Source: Vulcanimicrobiota bacterium (GTDB taxonomy: Bacteria > Vulcanimicrobiota > Vulcanimicrobiia > Vulcanimicrobiales > Vulcanimicrobiaceae). Taken from it: a stretch of DNA of 64,000 bases. The position numbers were made by a program, and so were the translations under genes. The notes beneath the pieces are model-generated. The model searched no databases, was not told the DNA's origin, and worked only from the letters and a program-made list of their open reading frames with translations. Shown one piece after another: positions 19,468 to 29,023 of this stretch; the first letter of the stretch is position 1, and every line of letters starts with the position of its first letter. The stretch lies in the NCBI GenBank assembly GCA_963733295.1, contig CAVTCS010000003.1:1568001-1632000 (forward strand). The letters are read 5' to 3'.

Positions 19468-21693
19468 TCACGAGTGTAACGACCGTCCGCAGCCCGTCGC
19501 GACCTTCCCGGTCGGTTGTCCGAGCGGCACGGCGACCTCCAATTGGATCGTGCGCGGCGGTCCGAACCGGTCGATCGTCGAGAGGTACTGTTGATGCGTT
19601 AGATTGTCGGCCGTCAAAACCAGCGCCGGTCCCGAGAGGAGCGCAGCGCGCGCGGTCGCGCCGAACAGCAATGCCGCACCGAGCGGTTGCTGCTCGAGGC
19701 TGTCGGCGTAGGTTTGACCGACATACGATCCTTGCAGCGAAAACGAGAACGGTCCGTTTCCCGCTCCGTCGACGGTCAATCCGGCAGAGTTGTCGGGAAC
19801 GTAGGACAACTGCTTTCCCGGAGTCTCGCCGGGTCCGTTTACGATGCGCGCGTTTTGCGCGTTCCCCCACACGCTGAGACGCGTGCACGCCCCGAGGCGC
19901 TCGGTGTAAGTGAGCGTCTCTCCGTTCGATTGCGTTTTCTCGATGTTCTCACGTTTCATCAGGTTGGGACCGATGCTCACGAAGTCGATCGCGTCGTTGA
20001 CTTGCGTTTGAAAGACGTCGAAGGCGAGCCGTCCACGCGAGCCCGCGAGAAAGTCGAGACCGGCGTCGTCCGTCGTGCTGCGCTCGGGAACGAGGAAGGG
20101 GTTCGGCAACATGGCGACCGCGCCGATGTTGAAGCCGCGGACGAGCTCGTTGAGATACGGCGTTCGAAAACCGCCGCCGCTTGAAAGACGCGCCGACAAC
20201 ACCGGCGAGATGTCGTAGCGTAAGGCGGCGCGAGGTGAGATCGCGCCCTCCTGATAGCCCGGAATGCTGGTCGTGTTGGTCGTGCCTGACGATACTGTGA
20301 TCAAGGTGAGATCGTTGTACGTCGAGAGATCGCCGCGCGCGCCCGCAATCAGCTCGAAATGCCGGAGCCTGACAGTCGCTTGCAAACCTGCCGCTTGCGC
20401 GATCTGCGTGCCGAAACCGTCCGCTTGCAGCGCACCGGTCGGACCCTGCTGCTGGCTGTAGCCGCCGATGTAACGTTGCTCGAACAGGACGTCGAGCGCC
20501 GTCGTCGAGGAGAGCGGCGCTTCGAGAGCCGCCGCGTACCCCTCCTCGTGGGTCGGAACGTTTTGCACGTAGCGCAACTGGCCTGGATGGGTGGGGAAGA
20601 GATCGTCGATGTTGACGATGTTGACGCTGCGGTCGTAGAACCAGAACTTCACGAGATCGGCGCCGACGAGACGAGTGGCGATGACGCCGTCCTGGTCGAG
20701 GTTCCGGTTGAAGGTGTAGTTGGTGCGGCCCTCATCTTGGAAATCCCAAGCGAAGAGCGTGCTCGCTTCGACACTGGTAAGACCGTCGTCGTAGCGAAGT
20801 TTGAAATTCGTCGACGAGCTCGAGCCGATCGAGGCGTGGTCGATCGGCGCGGCGTACGCAGGCGGTAGTGCGAAATAGCTCATCCCGGTGCCGACCGTCG
20901 AGGCTGAGGCAGCGAAGTTCGCACCGACCGGGACGCTGACTTGCGCGCCGTCGTCGTAACTCGCGTTGGTGCCCGCGGCCAGCGCACCCCGCGCTTCGAC
21001 GAGCCCCGAGCCGACTCGCGGCGCGAAGGTCTTTATGTCCAGAACGCCGCCCACCGCGCCTGAGCCGTACAGCGCCGAACCCGCGCCGCGCAGCAGTTCG
21101 GCGCTTTGCAGCGTTTGCACCGGATATGCTAGCCAGTCGATCTGTCCGCCGAACCCGTCTTGGGCAGGCAGACCGTCGACGAAGACGGCGCCGAGGTCGG
21201 TACCGGCCCCCAAGTACGAGACGCGCAACTGACCGTAGTTGGTAAAAGCGCTGTTGCTTCGATTTCGATCGAAGCCGGGCAGCTGCCGCAACAGGCCGTC
21301 GGTGAAAAGCGAGGGCGACAGTACGATGGCGCTGCGGTCGAGCAGCGATGCCGCAAGGGGAAGCTCGTGCAAACTGCTTTGCGATCCCGTCGCCACCGAC
21401 ACGCTGCCGACGACCGTCAGAGCTCTCGTGAGCGTGACCGTTCCCCGCGAGTCGCGGAGATCGACGTGCTGCGCGACGAAGCCGTCCGCCGAGATTTGAG
21501 CTTCGACCGGTACGAAGTTCGCGCGGGCCTCGGCTCTTCCGGAAACGTCGCTCTTTTCGACATCGTGATTGCCGTGCTGGTCGACGAAGTCGACGCTCGC
21601 CGCGACGACCGGCTTACCGAACTCATCGACGATCGTCAGCGGATTTACTGCGGTCCCGAAGAGGACGGCGACGGCGAGCAACAATGCCGGCAT
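19468..21693 (-). CDS. TonB-dependent receptor (alternative start GTG 21726)
   Basis: Plug motifs LLRQLPG, VDGLP and ELLRGAGSALYGSGAVGGV; NP.L.PE; C-terminal DNLT. Confidence 0.9.
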   Translation of the reverse strand: MPALLLAVAVLFGTAVNPLTIVDEFGKPVVAASVDFVDQHGNHDVEKSDVSGRAEARANFVPVEAQISADGFVAQHVDLRDSRGTVTLTRALTVVGSVSVATGSQSSLHELPLAASLLDRSAIVLSPSLFTDGLLRQLPGFDRNRSNSAFTNYGQLRVSYLGAGTDLGAVFVDGLPAQDGFGGQIDWLAYPVQTLQSAELLRGAGSALYGSGAVGGVLDIKTFAPRVGSGLVEARGALAAGTNASYDDGAQVSVPVGANFAASASTVGTGMSYFALPPAYAAPIDHASIGSSSSTNFKLRYDDGLTSVEASTLFAWDFQDEGRTNYTFNRNLDQDGVIATRLVGADLVKFWFYDRSVNIVNIDDLFPTHPGQLRYVQNVPTHEEGYAAALEAPLSSTTALDVLFEQRYIGGYSQQQGPTGALQADGFGTQIAQAAGLQATVRLRHFELIAGARGDLSTYNDLTLITVSSGTTNTTSIPGYQEGAISPRAALRYDISPVLSARLSSGGGFRTPYLNELVRGFNIGAVAMLPNPFLVPERSTTDDAGLDFLAGSRGRLAFDVFQTQVNDAIDFVSIGPNLMKRENIEKTQSNGETLTYTERLGACTRLSVWGNAQNARIVNGPGETPGKQLSYVPDNSAGLTVDGAGNGPFSFSLQGSYVGQTYADSLEQQPLGAALLFGATARAALLSGPALVLTADNLTHQQYLSTIDRFGPPRTIQLEVAVPLGQPTGKVATGCGRSLHS

Positions 21694-21801
21694 GTGACGA
21701 CGCTCTTTGCAGACGAACGTAGCCACCTCCCTTCTTTGGATGCGAAGGACGGTTCGCAGTCACAGAGAACTGCGCACGAAGCTGGGAAAAAGCGAGGGTT
21801 C

Positions 21802-23796
21802 ATGCCGGCTCGCGGCTCAACGTGCGCTCGAATCACTGTCTTCGTGTCAATTAGCGTCGCAGCGTGGTTCGGGGGTCCGCACTACGCGTCTGCCGACGGC
21901 ACCGCGTGGTTCAGCGGAGCCCAGACCGACTCGGGTCGCATTGAGTACGCGCAAAGCTGCTCCGTCTGCCACGGGACGACGTTGCAAAACGGCGGCGCAC
22001 CCGCCCTGGCAGGCCGTTCGTTCTATCAACGCTGGAACGGTAGGTCGCTCGAGACCTTCTACAGCTACGTTCAACAGAACATGCCGCTCGGCAAAGGCGG
22101 CACGTTGACCGGCCAGCAGTACGCCGACCTCGTGGCGTTCGTGTTGTCGCGAAATGGATTGCCGAGTGGTACCGAGACGTTCACCCCGGAGTCGCCGATG
22201 GAGCGCACGCTCGTGCTCAGCGCCTCGACGAAGGCCGGCGCGCCGCTCGCACCCGTTGCGATTCGGATCGGTACCTTGTATGGGAAGGTCCGCGAACCGG
22301 GCAGTGCCGGACCGACGCAAGCGGAACTCGACGACAGCGACAACTCCGCGAACTGGCTGATGTACAACAAAGGTTACAGCGGTCAGCGCTTTTCGTCGCT
22401 CGAGCAAATCAACACCGGCAACGCGGCGACGCTGCGACCCGTCTGCATGTTTCAATTGGGCGAGATCGGCACGTTCTCGAGCGGTCCCGTCGAGTACGAC
22501 GGCGTGCTCTACGTTACGACGCACCTCGGAACGTACGCGATCGACGCGACGACGTGCCGCAAGCGCTGGAGCCACCACCATCCGGCGCAGGGTCCGGAAA
22601 TGAATGCGACCAACAAAGGCGTCGCGATCGCCGCAGGACGCATCTTTCGCGGGACGCAGGACGGGTTTCTCTACGCGCTCGACGCAAAGACGGGCATTCA
22701 GCTCTGGGAACGACAAGTCGCGGATTGGAGCATAGGCGAGGGGATCGGTGCCGCACCTATCGTGTGGAACGGTCTCGTTTACGTCGCCAAGGCGGGAGGC
22801 GACTGGGGCATCCACGGCCGCCTGATGGCTTTCAGGGTCGCAGATGGGGGTCTCGCTTGGAGCTTCGATCTCGTTCGATCGGATGCGGTGTCCTGGCGCG
22901 ATCCTGAGTCGCGCCGTCACGGTGGCGGAGCCTCGTGGGTAACCTATCAACTCGATACCAAGACGGGAACCATCTTCGTGCCGGTCGGAAATCCGGGACC
23001 CGACTTCGATCCGGCGATTCGGCCCGGCGCGAACCTCTATACGGATTCCGTCGTCGCGATCGACGCGCGCGCCGGAACGCTGAAGTGGTGGTACCAAATG
23101 GTCCCGAACGATTTCCACGACTGGGATACGACCGACGTCAGCCTCTTCGAGAACGGCGGCCGGCGTTTGGTCGCGGCCACCGGCAAGCAAGGCGTGCTCT
23201 ACGTACTCGATCGGGACGACGGGAAACTCGTCTTCAAGCTGCCGGTGACGACGCTGCTCAACCAGAACGTTCCACTCACGCCGGCAGGCGTACGCGCCTG
23301 TCCGGTCGCCGGCGTGCAATGGAACGGACCGGCGTACAGTCCGCTCACGGGCTTGCTCTACGTGAATGCAATCGACTGGTGCGCCGTGTACAAGCAAGGC
23401 CCAAGGCCGACTTGGGTCGCGACCGTGCCGTACACCGGCCTCGCGAACGGATTCGGCACGAACGACCCGATCTCGATGTGGTCGGGCTGGATCAACGCCG
23501 TCGACCCAAGCAATGGGACGATGGCGTGGCGGCTCAAGCGCCCGACACCGATGTACGCAGCCTTGACGCCCACCGCCGGGAACGTCCTATTCACGGGCGA
23601 CCTCGACGGGAATCTTCTCGCGCTCGACGCGCGCAGCGGTGCGACGCTCTACGCTTTCAACACCGGCGGTCCGCTCTCGGGCGGCGTCATCACCTATGAC
23701 GAAGGCGGCAAACAATACGTCGCGGCCGCCAGTGGCAACAGCGGCGGTTCGATTCCGCTGACGGGAAGTCCGACGGTCGTCGTCTTCTCGCTGTAG
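21802..23796 (+). CDS. PQQ-dependent dehydrogenase (quinoprotein alcohol dehydrogenase superfamily) with N-terminal cytochrome c domain
   Basis: CSVCH heme motif and a downstream MP ligand, then NWLMYN...QRFS.L.QIN, Trp-docking repeats (ALDAKTG..LW), GNPGP and G.QYVA. Confidence 0.88.
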   Translation: MPARGSTCARITVFVSISVAAWFGGPHYASADGTAWFSGAQTDSGRIEYAQSCSVCHGTTLQNGGAPALAGRSFYQRWNGRSLETFYSYVQQNMPLGKGGTLTGQQYADLVAFVLSRNGLPSGTETFTPESPMERTLVLSASTKAGAPLAPVAIRIGTLYGKVREPGSAGPTQAELDDSDNSANWLMYNKGYSGQRFSSLEQINTGNAATLRPVCMFQLGEIGTFSSGPVEYDGVLYVTTHLGTYAIDATTCRKRWSHHHPAQGPEMNATNKGVAIAAGRIFRGTQDGFLYALDAKTGIQLWERQVADWSIGEGIGAAPIVWNGLVYVAKAGGDWGIHGRLMAFRVADGGLAWSFDLVRSDAVSWRDPESRRHGGGASWVTYQLDTKTGTIFVPVGNPGPDFDPAIRPGANLYTDSVVAIDARAGTLKWWYQMVPNDFHDWDTTDVSLFENGGRRLVAATGKQGVLYVLDRDDGKLVFKLPVTTLLNQNVPLTPAGVRACPVAGVQWNGPAYSPLTGLLYVNAIDWCAVYKQGPRPTWVATVPYTGLANGFGTNDPISMWSGWINAVDPSNGTMAWRLKRPTPMYAALTPTAGNVLFTGDLDGNLLALDARSGATLYAFNTGGPLSGGVITYDEGGKQYVAAASGNSGGSIPLTGSPTVVVFSL

Positions 23797-23800
23797 ACCG

Positions 23801-26221
23801 TCAACGAAATCTCATTCCAAGCGAAAACGTCCGCGGCGGCGCATAGTGATTTCCTTGCGCGTTCAGGAGGGTCACGAAGTAGCGGTCGTTGAGCAGGTTC
23901 GAAATGCCGAGCGTCAGCGCGGCATTGGGAGCGATTCCGATGCCCTTCTCCAGATTGAATGTCGTATGCGGCGTTTTCTTACAGTTCCCGGGCGTATTCT
24001 GAGGGCAGGCTTCGGACGATAGGCCGCTGCCGTACTCTCCGTCGGCCGAGAACCAGCCCCCGCGCCGGTCGTTCAGCAGTACGCCTCCGGCCATGGTCCA
24101 ATTCTGCTCGTGATCGGCCGGAGTGTAGCCCGCCGGCGCGCCGAAGCACGGCGCGAGCAGTTGCGTTTCGCAGCCGCTGTTGAGCGAAACGACATGCGCC
24201 ACCGAGAAGTACGCTCGCCCATTTCGCGGCAGTGGTTGGGCGTAGCTCAGCGCTTCTTGCGACAACCGGCCGAGTTCGTAGTTGATGTCTTGATGGAGGA
24301 GCGTAACCCCCACCTGAGTATCGTCGATGAGGTCGTTTGCGTTCTTTTGCCAAACGCGGAAGCCGAGATCACCGGCACCCAGCGGAAGGTGGCCGCCCAG
24401 TTCGAGTTGCGTGTCGCGCTCGGGTTTCAGGTCGAACTGCGCTTCTTGCGGCTGCAAGGGGAGATCGAGCAGAAACGCCGCCGATGGGCTCACGTTCTCC
24501 AGCGAAAACGGTTCGAAAAAGCGCCCGACGTAGGCGTAAAGGTTGGCCCGGCTTCCGAAGAACCGCGTTATCTTGAGACGCGGGCTGAAAGCGCCGAATC
24601 CTTGCGCGAACTCGCTCGACCTTATCGTGAAAAAGTCGTAGCGCAGGCCGTAGTCGGCCTCCCACAGATCGCTCATGCGCCAACTATCTTGAACGTAGGA
24701 CTGGTAGGTGTTTCCGAGATTCGGGACGTCGTCGACAACGGTCGTCGGAACGCCGGGCGTATTCGGCGTTTGGATCGGAGCGAGGTAGTTGTCCGGCTGG
24801 AGCGTGATCGCGTAATATTTCAGGATTCGTGCCAGGTCGTACGAGACGCCCGCGGCGAGCGAATGACGGCCCAGACTCTGGCTGTAATCCGCCTGCACGA
24901 TATAGTCGAGCGCGGTCCGCGTGTCGGCCAGCGAATAGCCGCACATCGTGGGGAAGGCGGCCGGATTCTGCGGGGCCACGCGCAAGGCGTCGGCGCAATC
25001 GGTCGCTCGGCCACCGTTGCCAAACGGCGGAGGGGCTAAGTTGAGCGCCTCACCGTACGTGAAATCGTTCGCACGATCGCCGAAGTCCTCGATGCGCGAG
25101 GCCGCGTAAGCCGGTCCGAACGTTACGACGCCCGTGTCGCCGATTGCGTGGTGAAACTGGACCGCCAGGAACGTGTCGGCCTGCGTTTCGTTGTCGTCGC
25201 TTGAGGCCGGCTGACCGTGATCGACGTCATTCGGAATTTGAAACGAAGTGTTGCTGTTGATGAACGTGACGTTCGCGAAATTTGCCCCGCCGGCGGGCAA
25301 CGTGAAGCGGGCAAACTGGCCTACCGAACTCGCCTCATTGTGCGGCGAGTCGAAATTTGGAGGATCGAGTCCGCGGGTGGTTTTCTCGCCGTTCAACGCG
25401 AGAGCGAAGCCGCCGCCGCCGGGAAGGGGTGAATGATAACCGAGCGAGGATTGGACGGCCGTGTAGGAGCCGAACGATGCGAATCCGTCGAAACCGGGTG
25501 CCCCGGTACCGGCCCGCGTGGCCATCTCGAACACGGACCCGAAGCGCAGTCCGTACTGAGCCGGATACGCGCCCTCGATGAGGTTGACGCTCGAGAGGTC
25601 GTTGAGGTTTATCTCGCCGCCGATGTCCCGGTTGAGTTCTTGGGGCAGCGCGACCCCGTCGATCGTGTAGTTGATGACGCCGTGGTCGCCATTGATGTGA
25701 ACGACGCCGTTCGCGCCGCGAACTGCGCCGGGCATCTGGATTTCCATGTCCGAAAAGTCGTTGTTGAAGGGGAGCTGCGTCAGATCGGTGCGGTTCAAGA
25801 CGACGTCGCTGCCGCTGCCGTGGAGCACCTGCGATTGCGCCCGGCTAACCGCCGCGTGCCCGATCTCCGAGGGCGCTCCCAGAACCAGCGCTACGCTCGC
25901 GCCGCCGCTTCCGAGATCGACGCGAACGTGCCCATGGAACGCGCCGTTCGCGGCGGCGACGTCGTAGCTCCCCGGGCTGAGCCCCCGGAACGAAAAGCGC
26001 CCTTTCGCGTCGGTCCTCGTCGTCGCGGTCCGGTCATGGCCCGTTGCCGTTACGACCGCACCCGCAACCGGAACGCCGTCGTGGCTTACCGTGCCGGTCA
26101 AAGCAACGCCGGTGTCGACCGCGAGCGCGCAGGCGGCACACGCGCAGAACAAGCACAGACCGATGGCGGCGCAGCGCACGCAGTGCAGCGCTCCGGCAGT
26201 CAGGTTCGGCTTCCCGGCCAT
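23801..26221 (-). CDS. TonB-dependent receptor, probably for metal uptake
   Basis: Signal peptide, carboxypeptidase-regulatory-like domain, IDGV plug, GLRYD and NLLND..Y; divergent from a Fur-family gene. Confidence 0.9.
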   Translation of the reverse strand: MAGKPNLTAGALHCVRCAAIGLCLFCACAACALAVDTGVALTGTVSHDGVPVAGAVVTATGHDRTATTRTDAKGRFSFRGLSPGSYDVAAANGAFHGHVRVDLGSGGASVALVLGAPSEIGHAAVSRAQSQVLHGSGSDVVLNRTDLTQLPFNNDFSDMEIQMPGAVRGANGVVHINGDHGVINYTIDGVALPQELNRDIGGEINLNDLSSVNLIEGAYPAQYGLRFGSVFEMATRAGTGAPGFDGFASFGSYTAVQSSLGYHSPLPGGGGFALALNGEKTTRGLDPPNFDSPHNEASSVGQFARFTLPAGGANFANVTFINSNTSFQIPNDVDHGQPASSDDNETQADTFLAVQFHHAIGDTGVVTFGPAYAASRIEDFGDRANDFTYGEALNLAPPPFGNGGRATDCADALRVAPQNPAAFPTMCGYSLADTRTALDYIVQADYSQSLGRHSLAAGVSYDLARILKYYAITLQPDNYLAPIQTPNTPGVPTTVVDDVPNLGNTYQSYVQDSWRMSDLWEADYGLRYDFFTIRSSEFAQGFGAFSPRLKITRFFGSRANLYAYVGRFFEPFSLENVSPSAAFLLDLPLQPQEAQFDLKPERDTQLELGGHLPLGAGDLGFRVWQKNANDLIDDTQVGVTLLHQDINYELGRLSQEALSYAQPLPRNGRAYFSVAHVVSLNSGCETQLLAPCFGAPAGYTPADHEQNWTMAGGVLLNDRRGGWFSADGEYGSGLSSEACPQNTPGNCKKTPHTTFNLEKGIGIAPNAALTLGISNLLNDRYFVTLLNAQGNHYAPPRTFSLGMRFR

Positions 26222-26249
26222 TATTGATATTGACTAGGCATTATCATTA
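26222..26249. promoter_or_regulatory. Fur-family operator-like AT-rich inverted repeat
   Basis: TATTGATATTGAC-TA-GGCATTATCATTA; reads TAATGATAATG on the minus strand, resembling Fur-box hexamers; lies between the receptor start and the fur-like gene. Confidence 0.7.
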
Positions 26250-26287
26250 AGAGGATATGTAGCGCGTGGCCCGAACGATCCCCTGCA

Positions 26288-26740
26288 ATGGCGAGCCGCA
26301 AGAATTCCGCCTCGGGGCGAGTCGCTTTACCGAGCGCTTTCGAGCGCAACACGCGGCAGCGGCGTAACATGCGGGCCGCGTTCGAGAACGCCGAACGCCC
26401 CTTGTCGATTGAAGAGGTGCTCGCCGCCGCGCGGCGCGGCCGCAACGCAGTCAGCCTCTCAACGGTGTACCGCTTCGTCCGTTCGCTCGTCGACGACGGC
26501 TCTCTCAGCGCTATCGAAGTGCCCGGACGGGGCGTATTCTACGAACTAGCGGGCAAAGCGCACCACCATCACTTCTCGTGCCTCTCCTGCGGCCGCATCT
26601 ACGAAATCAACGATTGCGTCGGCCTGCGAGACCTCGTGCTGCCGGAGGGCTTCCACGCGGTTTCGCACGACATCACGGTCGAGGGAGTCTGTTCTGCATG
26701 CCACGCCACGCTTTGTGCGGCGCGCTCTAGCGGAGGTTGA
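26288..26740 (+). CDS. Fur-family transcriptional regulator (Fur/Zur/Nur)
   Basis: TRQR, SLSTVYR, HHHHFSCLSCG and C-terminal CSAC motifs. Confidence 0.92.
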   Translation: MASRKNSASGRVALPSAFERNTRQRRNMRAAFENAERPLSIEEVLAAARRGRNAVSLSTVYRFVRSLVDDGSLSAIEVPGRGVFYELAGKAHHHHFSCLSCGRIYEINDCVGLRDLVLPEGFHAVSHDITVEGVCSACHATLCAARSSGG

Positions 26741-26749
26741 AAGCCCCCC

Positions 26750-27499
26750 TCAGCTCGACGGGACTTTGGCGGAGGCGTAGATCTCCGCGACTTGCGCAGC
26801 GCTGAGCGCGTAACTCCACAGCGCCACTTCGTCGATGCCGCCGGTGAACCAGCGTCCGCCGAACACCGGGCTCGCGCCGATCGCGAACTCGTTGTTTTTC
26901 GTGGGCGTGCCGCACTGTTTATCCGCGGCGGCGAGTTTACCGTCCCAGTAGATCGCGCGCGTTCCGGCCGAGCAGTTCATCGTGGCGACGATCATATGCC
27001 ACGTACCTGCGAGCGAGGCCGGCGGCGGGACGAAGGTCGTGTGATCGCCGGCTGCCGTGTAAAACTTTAGCGAGTTGTCGGGCTCGAACTGAAGGTCGAG
27101 ATCGTTGCCGTTTTGCGATTCGCCCGCGATGTAGACGATGCGTCCCGTCTTTGAAGGTAAGGCTGAAAGCTTCACCCACGCCATGATGCTCGCGCCGCCG
27201 CCGATGCCGCCCATCCGGGTCGTGTTGATGAAGCCGTCGATGCCGTTGAACTGCGCGTAGTGGTTGCCCGTAACCCCGATTGGGGCGCCCGGGGTCGCGC
27301 TCGTCACACCACCTGAGGAAGTATAGGTCGTCGAACCGATGGCGCTCGATCCGCTCGGGGCTTCGAGCCGATAGTATGCGAGGGGCTTCGTCGCTTGAAC
27401 GGTCGCGACGAATCCTTTGCTCTGGGCATCCGCAACGAGCGGCAGACAAAGCGCGCCGGTAGCGAGCAGCGCAAAGAAAAAAGCCTTGGGTCTAAACAT
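26750..27499 (-). CDS. Secreted LamG/concanavalin-A-like domain protein
   Basis: Signal peptide; P.AYYRL, SIMAWVK, WHMIVAT, IYWDG and FTGGIDEVALW..AL motifs. Confidence 0.85.
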   Translation of the reverse strand: MFRPKAFFFALLATGALCLPLVADAQSKGFVATVQATKPLAYYRLEAPSGSSAIGSTTYTSSGGVTSATPGAPIGVTGNHYAQFNGIDGFINTTRMGGIGGGASIMAWVKLSALPSKTGRIVYIAGESQNGNDLDLQFEPDNSLKFYTAAGDHTTFVPPPASLAGTWHMIVATMNCSAGTRAIYWDGKLAAADKQCGTPTKNNEFAIGASPVFGGRWFTGGIDEVALWSYALSAAQVAEIYASAKVPSS

Positions 27500-27650
27500 C
27501 GACACCTTCAGGTAGAAATCGCCTTCGGGCGCCCGGGTCGAGTTTCATCCACCCGCGCGTCACATAACGCGCTCGCGGAACCGGCCGGGAACGCCGGGCG
27601 TTCACAAACCGGCCGCCCCCGCATCACGCCGGCTGGTTACGATCTCGCGA

Positions 27651-28235
27651 ATGTGCCTGTTCACAGATCCCGCGGCGCAACTGGTTTGTGCGGGGCCGGA
27701 GGAAGCACTCGGCGAGATAGCGCGAGCGCTCGCTCATTTCGGCGCGCCCGCGCTACGCTATGCCGCGCGGCGAAACGTTCGAATCGTTCCGCTCGAATCG
27801 GCCCAGCGCTATTGCGACGCCTCGGCTGCGCTACGCCGTTTGGCGGTCGACGTCGACGCGTGGCCGGTGCCGCCGGCCGGTCTGTTCGTCGTCGAAGAAC
27901 GCACCGTTTACCTGCGTTCCCCGAGCCCGATGACCGTCGCTCACGAGTTCGGTCACGCTTTGGATTGCGCGCTCGGCGGCGGCGTGTACCGTTCCGGTTA
28001 CGATCTCGAGATTCGCCGTTCGTTTGCGAATGCCAAAGAGTTCGTCACACCGTACGCAGCAACCGGACTCGACGAGTATTTCGCCGAGTCCTTGCGGGGA
28101 TACGTCGAAGTCAACGACGCCAGATCGCCTTGGCCGAAGGCCACGCGGGCTCGCCTGCGCTCCGTCGACCCCGCGATGGCAGCCTTCATCGACGGGCTCT
28201 TCGAAAAAGAGCTCGCCGATGCTCGAGACGCCTAG
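27651..28235 (+). CDS. Zinc metallopeptidase, anthrax-lethal-factor-like (ATLF) domain
   Basis: AHEFGHALD followed by YAA...EYFAES and L...DP; no signal peptide. Confidence 0.75.
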   Translation: MCLFTDPAAQLVCAGPEEALGEIARALAHFGAPALRYAARRNVRIVPLESAQRYCDASAALRRLAVDVDAWPVPPAGLFVVEERTVYLRSPSPMTVAHEFGHALDCALGGGVYRSGYDLEIRRSFANAKEFVTPYAATGLDEYFAESLRGYVEVNDARSPWPKATRARLRSVDPAMAAFIDGLFEKELADARDA

Positions 28236-28408
28236 AGGAGTTCGATACTCGTCACGTCTCGGATATGCCACATCTCGGATTCCTGACGAACCCTAATGAG
28301 AGGCTCCTCATAAAGCTCGAGGATACCGTCGTGCGGATCGGAGAGTTTGCCGAGCAATATCGCTCGCACTCGCTTCCCCTCGAACGGGACTGCTTCTTCC
28401 CATCTCAT
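28232..28408 (-). CDS. Small hypothetical protein (58 aa), possible Sm/SH3-like fold
   Basis: Manual translation MRWEEAVPFEGKRVRAILLGKLSDPHDGILELYEEPLIRVRQESEMWHIRDVTSIELL fills an otherwise empty gap. Confidence 0.5.
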   Translation of the reverse strand: MRWEEAVPFEGKRVRAILLGKLSDPHDGILELYEEPLIRVRQESEMWHIRDVTSIELL

Positions 28409-28468
28409 GCCAGTAGTAGCCAGGTCCGATGGCGGGTTGTGCGGTCAGTAGTCGTACCGTAACGACCG

Positions 28469-28918
28469 TTACGGAACTAGGTGGTAGTCCGATGGATCTT
28501 GGGGCGGAGTCTTGACGTTATACATGCGGAACGGCCCCCCCGTGAATCCGCCGTGGGCCGCGTTGGGCGGAATGACGAGGACCGTCCCGGGTGCGATCGG
28601 GACCTGTTTATCGCCGAGCCACTCCGTTCCGGTCCCTTCCAGGATCAGTTGCACTTCGGTCGTTCCCGAGTGCATATGCTTGGGCGCGGTACCGATCGCA
28701 TAGGAGATCGCGGTAGAATCGACTTGCACGAGAGTCTTGCTGCGCAGGTTCGGTAGCAACGGATTCGGCGGGGGAAAATCGGCCGGCGTCAAGCTATGCA
28801 AGTCGATCGAAGTCGCGACTACCGGGCCCGCCGCCTGAGCCGTCCCGGGAATTCGTGAAACGAGCGCGCCTGCTGCGAACGCGAGCGCCAGCATGAGAAA
28901 AATCTGAAAGCGTTTCAT
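28469..28918 (-). CDS. Secreted cupin-domain protein
   Basis: Signal peptide; H.H....E..LILEG.G and PG....IP.N..H cupin motifs. Confidence 0.85.
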   Translation of the reverse strand: MKRFQIFLMLALAFAAGALVSRIPGTAQAAGPVVATSIDLHSLTPADFPPPNPLLPNLRSKTLVQVDSTAISYAIGTAPKHMHSGTTEVQLILEGTGTEWLGDKQVPIAPGTVLVIPPNAAHGGFTGGPFRMYNVKTPPQDPSDYHLVP

Positions 28919-29023
28919 AGGCAAAGCATCCTAAGGTCGAACGTGGGCTTCCTGCCGAATCCAACCTCTCGAGCGGGGTTACACCTAGGCGGGGAGGCCG
29001 GGAACCAAACGCCGGCCTGGCCC

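Noticed and set aside
21160..21801. Long N-terminal extension of the PQQ dehydrogenase ORF (and similar extensions of leuD, ssuB, rsmB, secG, murI in the track)
   Set aside because: They overlap neighbouring genes; family N-termini and stop/start overlaps point to later starts.
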